DNA of 63,872 bases, the filler included, from Octopus bimaculoides (taxonomy: Eukaryota): NCBI RefSeq assembly GCF_001194135.2. It is 4 parts of 4 records of this genome, joined end to end, with 100 filler letters (N's around TTAATTAATTAA, not from the genome) between each part and the next. Parts side by side here need not be neighbours in the genome. Positions count along the whole stretch, not along the records: positions 62,627 to 63,872 come from NC_068986.1; 3 more parts are not named here. The stretch is one strand, 5' to 3'. Every line of letters starts with the position of its first letter. Position 1 is the first letter of the stretch. The notes under the pieces are model-generated. The model saw nothing but the letters and a program-made list of their open reading frames with translations. It was not told where the DNA came from and did not search any database. Below, piece after piece: positions 63,341-63,872 of the stretch. The translations under genes and the position numbers were made by a program.

Positions 63341-63872
63341 GCGTATTAGGTCCGACGTCGGTTTTATAGTGCGGATTTTAATAGTATTCCCGTCCTCTGT
63401 GTATCTTATCAATGGTCTTTTATTCTCAGTATATAATATCGAAAATGTAAGATTCTACGGGGCACCACTGGTGTGTAATGTTCCAACCCAATGTTTTTAG
63501 TTCAAAAATAAGACATTATAATGTTCAAATTTATGAGGTATATAATCGGTCATAATGTCTTACGTTTAAGATGATTCCCATGCTTTCCCTGATGAGAAGG
63601 TTACAATTTTAATATCAAAGATCCCTATGGTTCACACAGGTTGTAATTCTTTGAAACATATGTAGGAATAAAGTATGCAATTATTACATGCGTTTTCTCC
63701 AATCCTTAAATTCTTAAATATACTCAAACATCCAAAATTTCAAGGAGTTCCTGCCTTAAAAACAGGAACTAAACCACAGTTATTTTGTGTTATTTGCTAC
63801 ATTGGTTTCTATTAACCCATTTATTCAATCAGAAGAATTTTTATTCATTAAGATAGAAGAAATACACATAAT

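Overview
This is AT-rich, microsatellite-dense eukaryotic draft sequence with many N gaps. The SINE families and repeat landscape suggest an octopus genome (inference, not a database match). I found no intact host gene, rRNA, true tRNA or CRISPR array; almost all ORFs in the supplied track are microsatellite or gap artefacts. The window is mostly mobile-element debris: about 25 tRNA-derived SINE copies from several modular families, R4/Dong-type LINE pieces (two ending in (TAA)n), Tc1/mariner, Tigger and hAT relics and MITEs, and a 7-kb nest of three Penelope-like elements (PLEs; RT plus C-terminal GIY-YIG) at 37.8-44.9 kb. Four signals stand out. (1) There are four hammerhead-ribozyme-like motifs; two copies of one short element share a non-canonical CUGUNGA core. 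(2) A PLE 3' region appears to have become a 1487-bp higher-order repeat of ~248-bp monomers. (3) A 25-bp G-U-only hairpin at 57685-57741 resembles a pre-miRNA. (4) SINE dimers recur, one flanked by a single 18-bp TSD. Most SINE and relic boundaries are approximate (about +/-20 bp).
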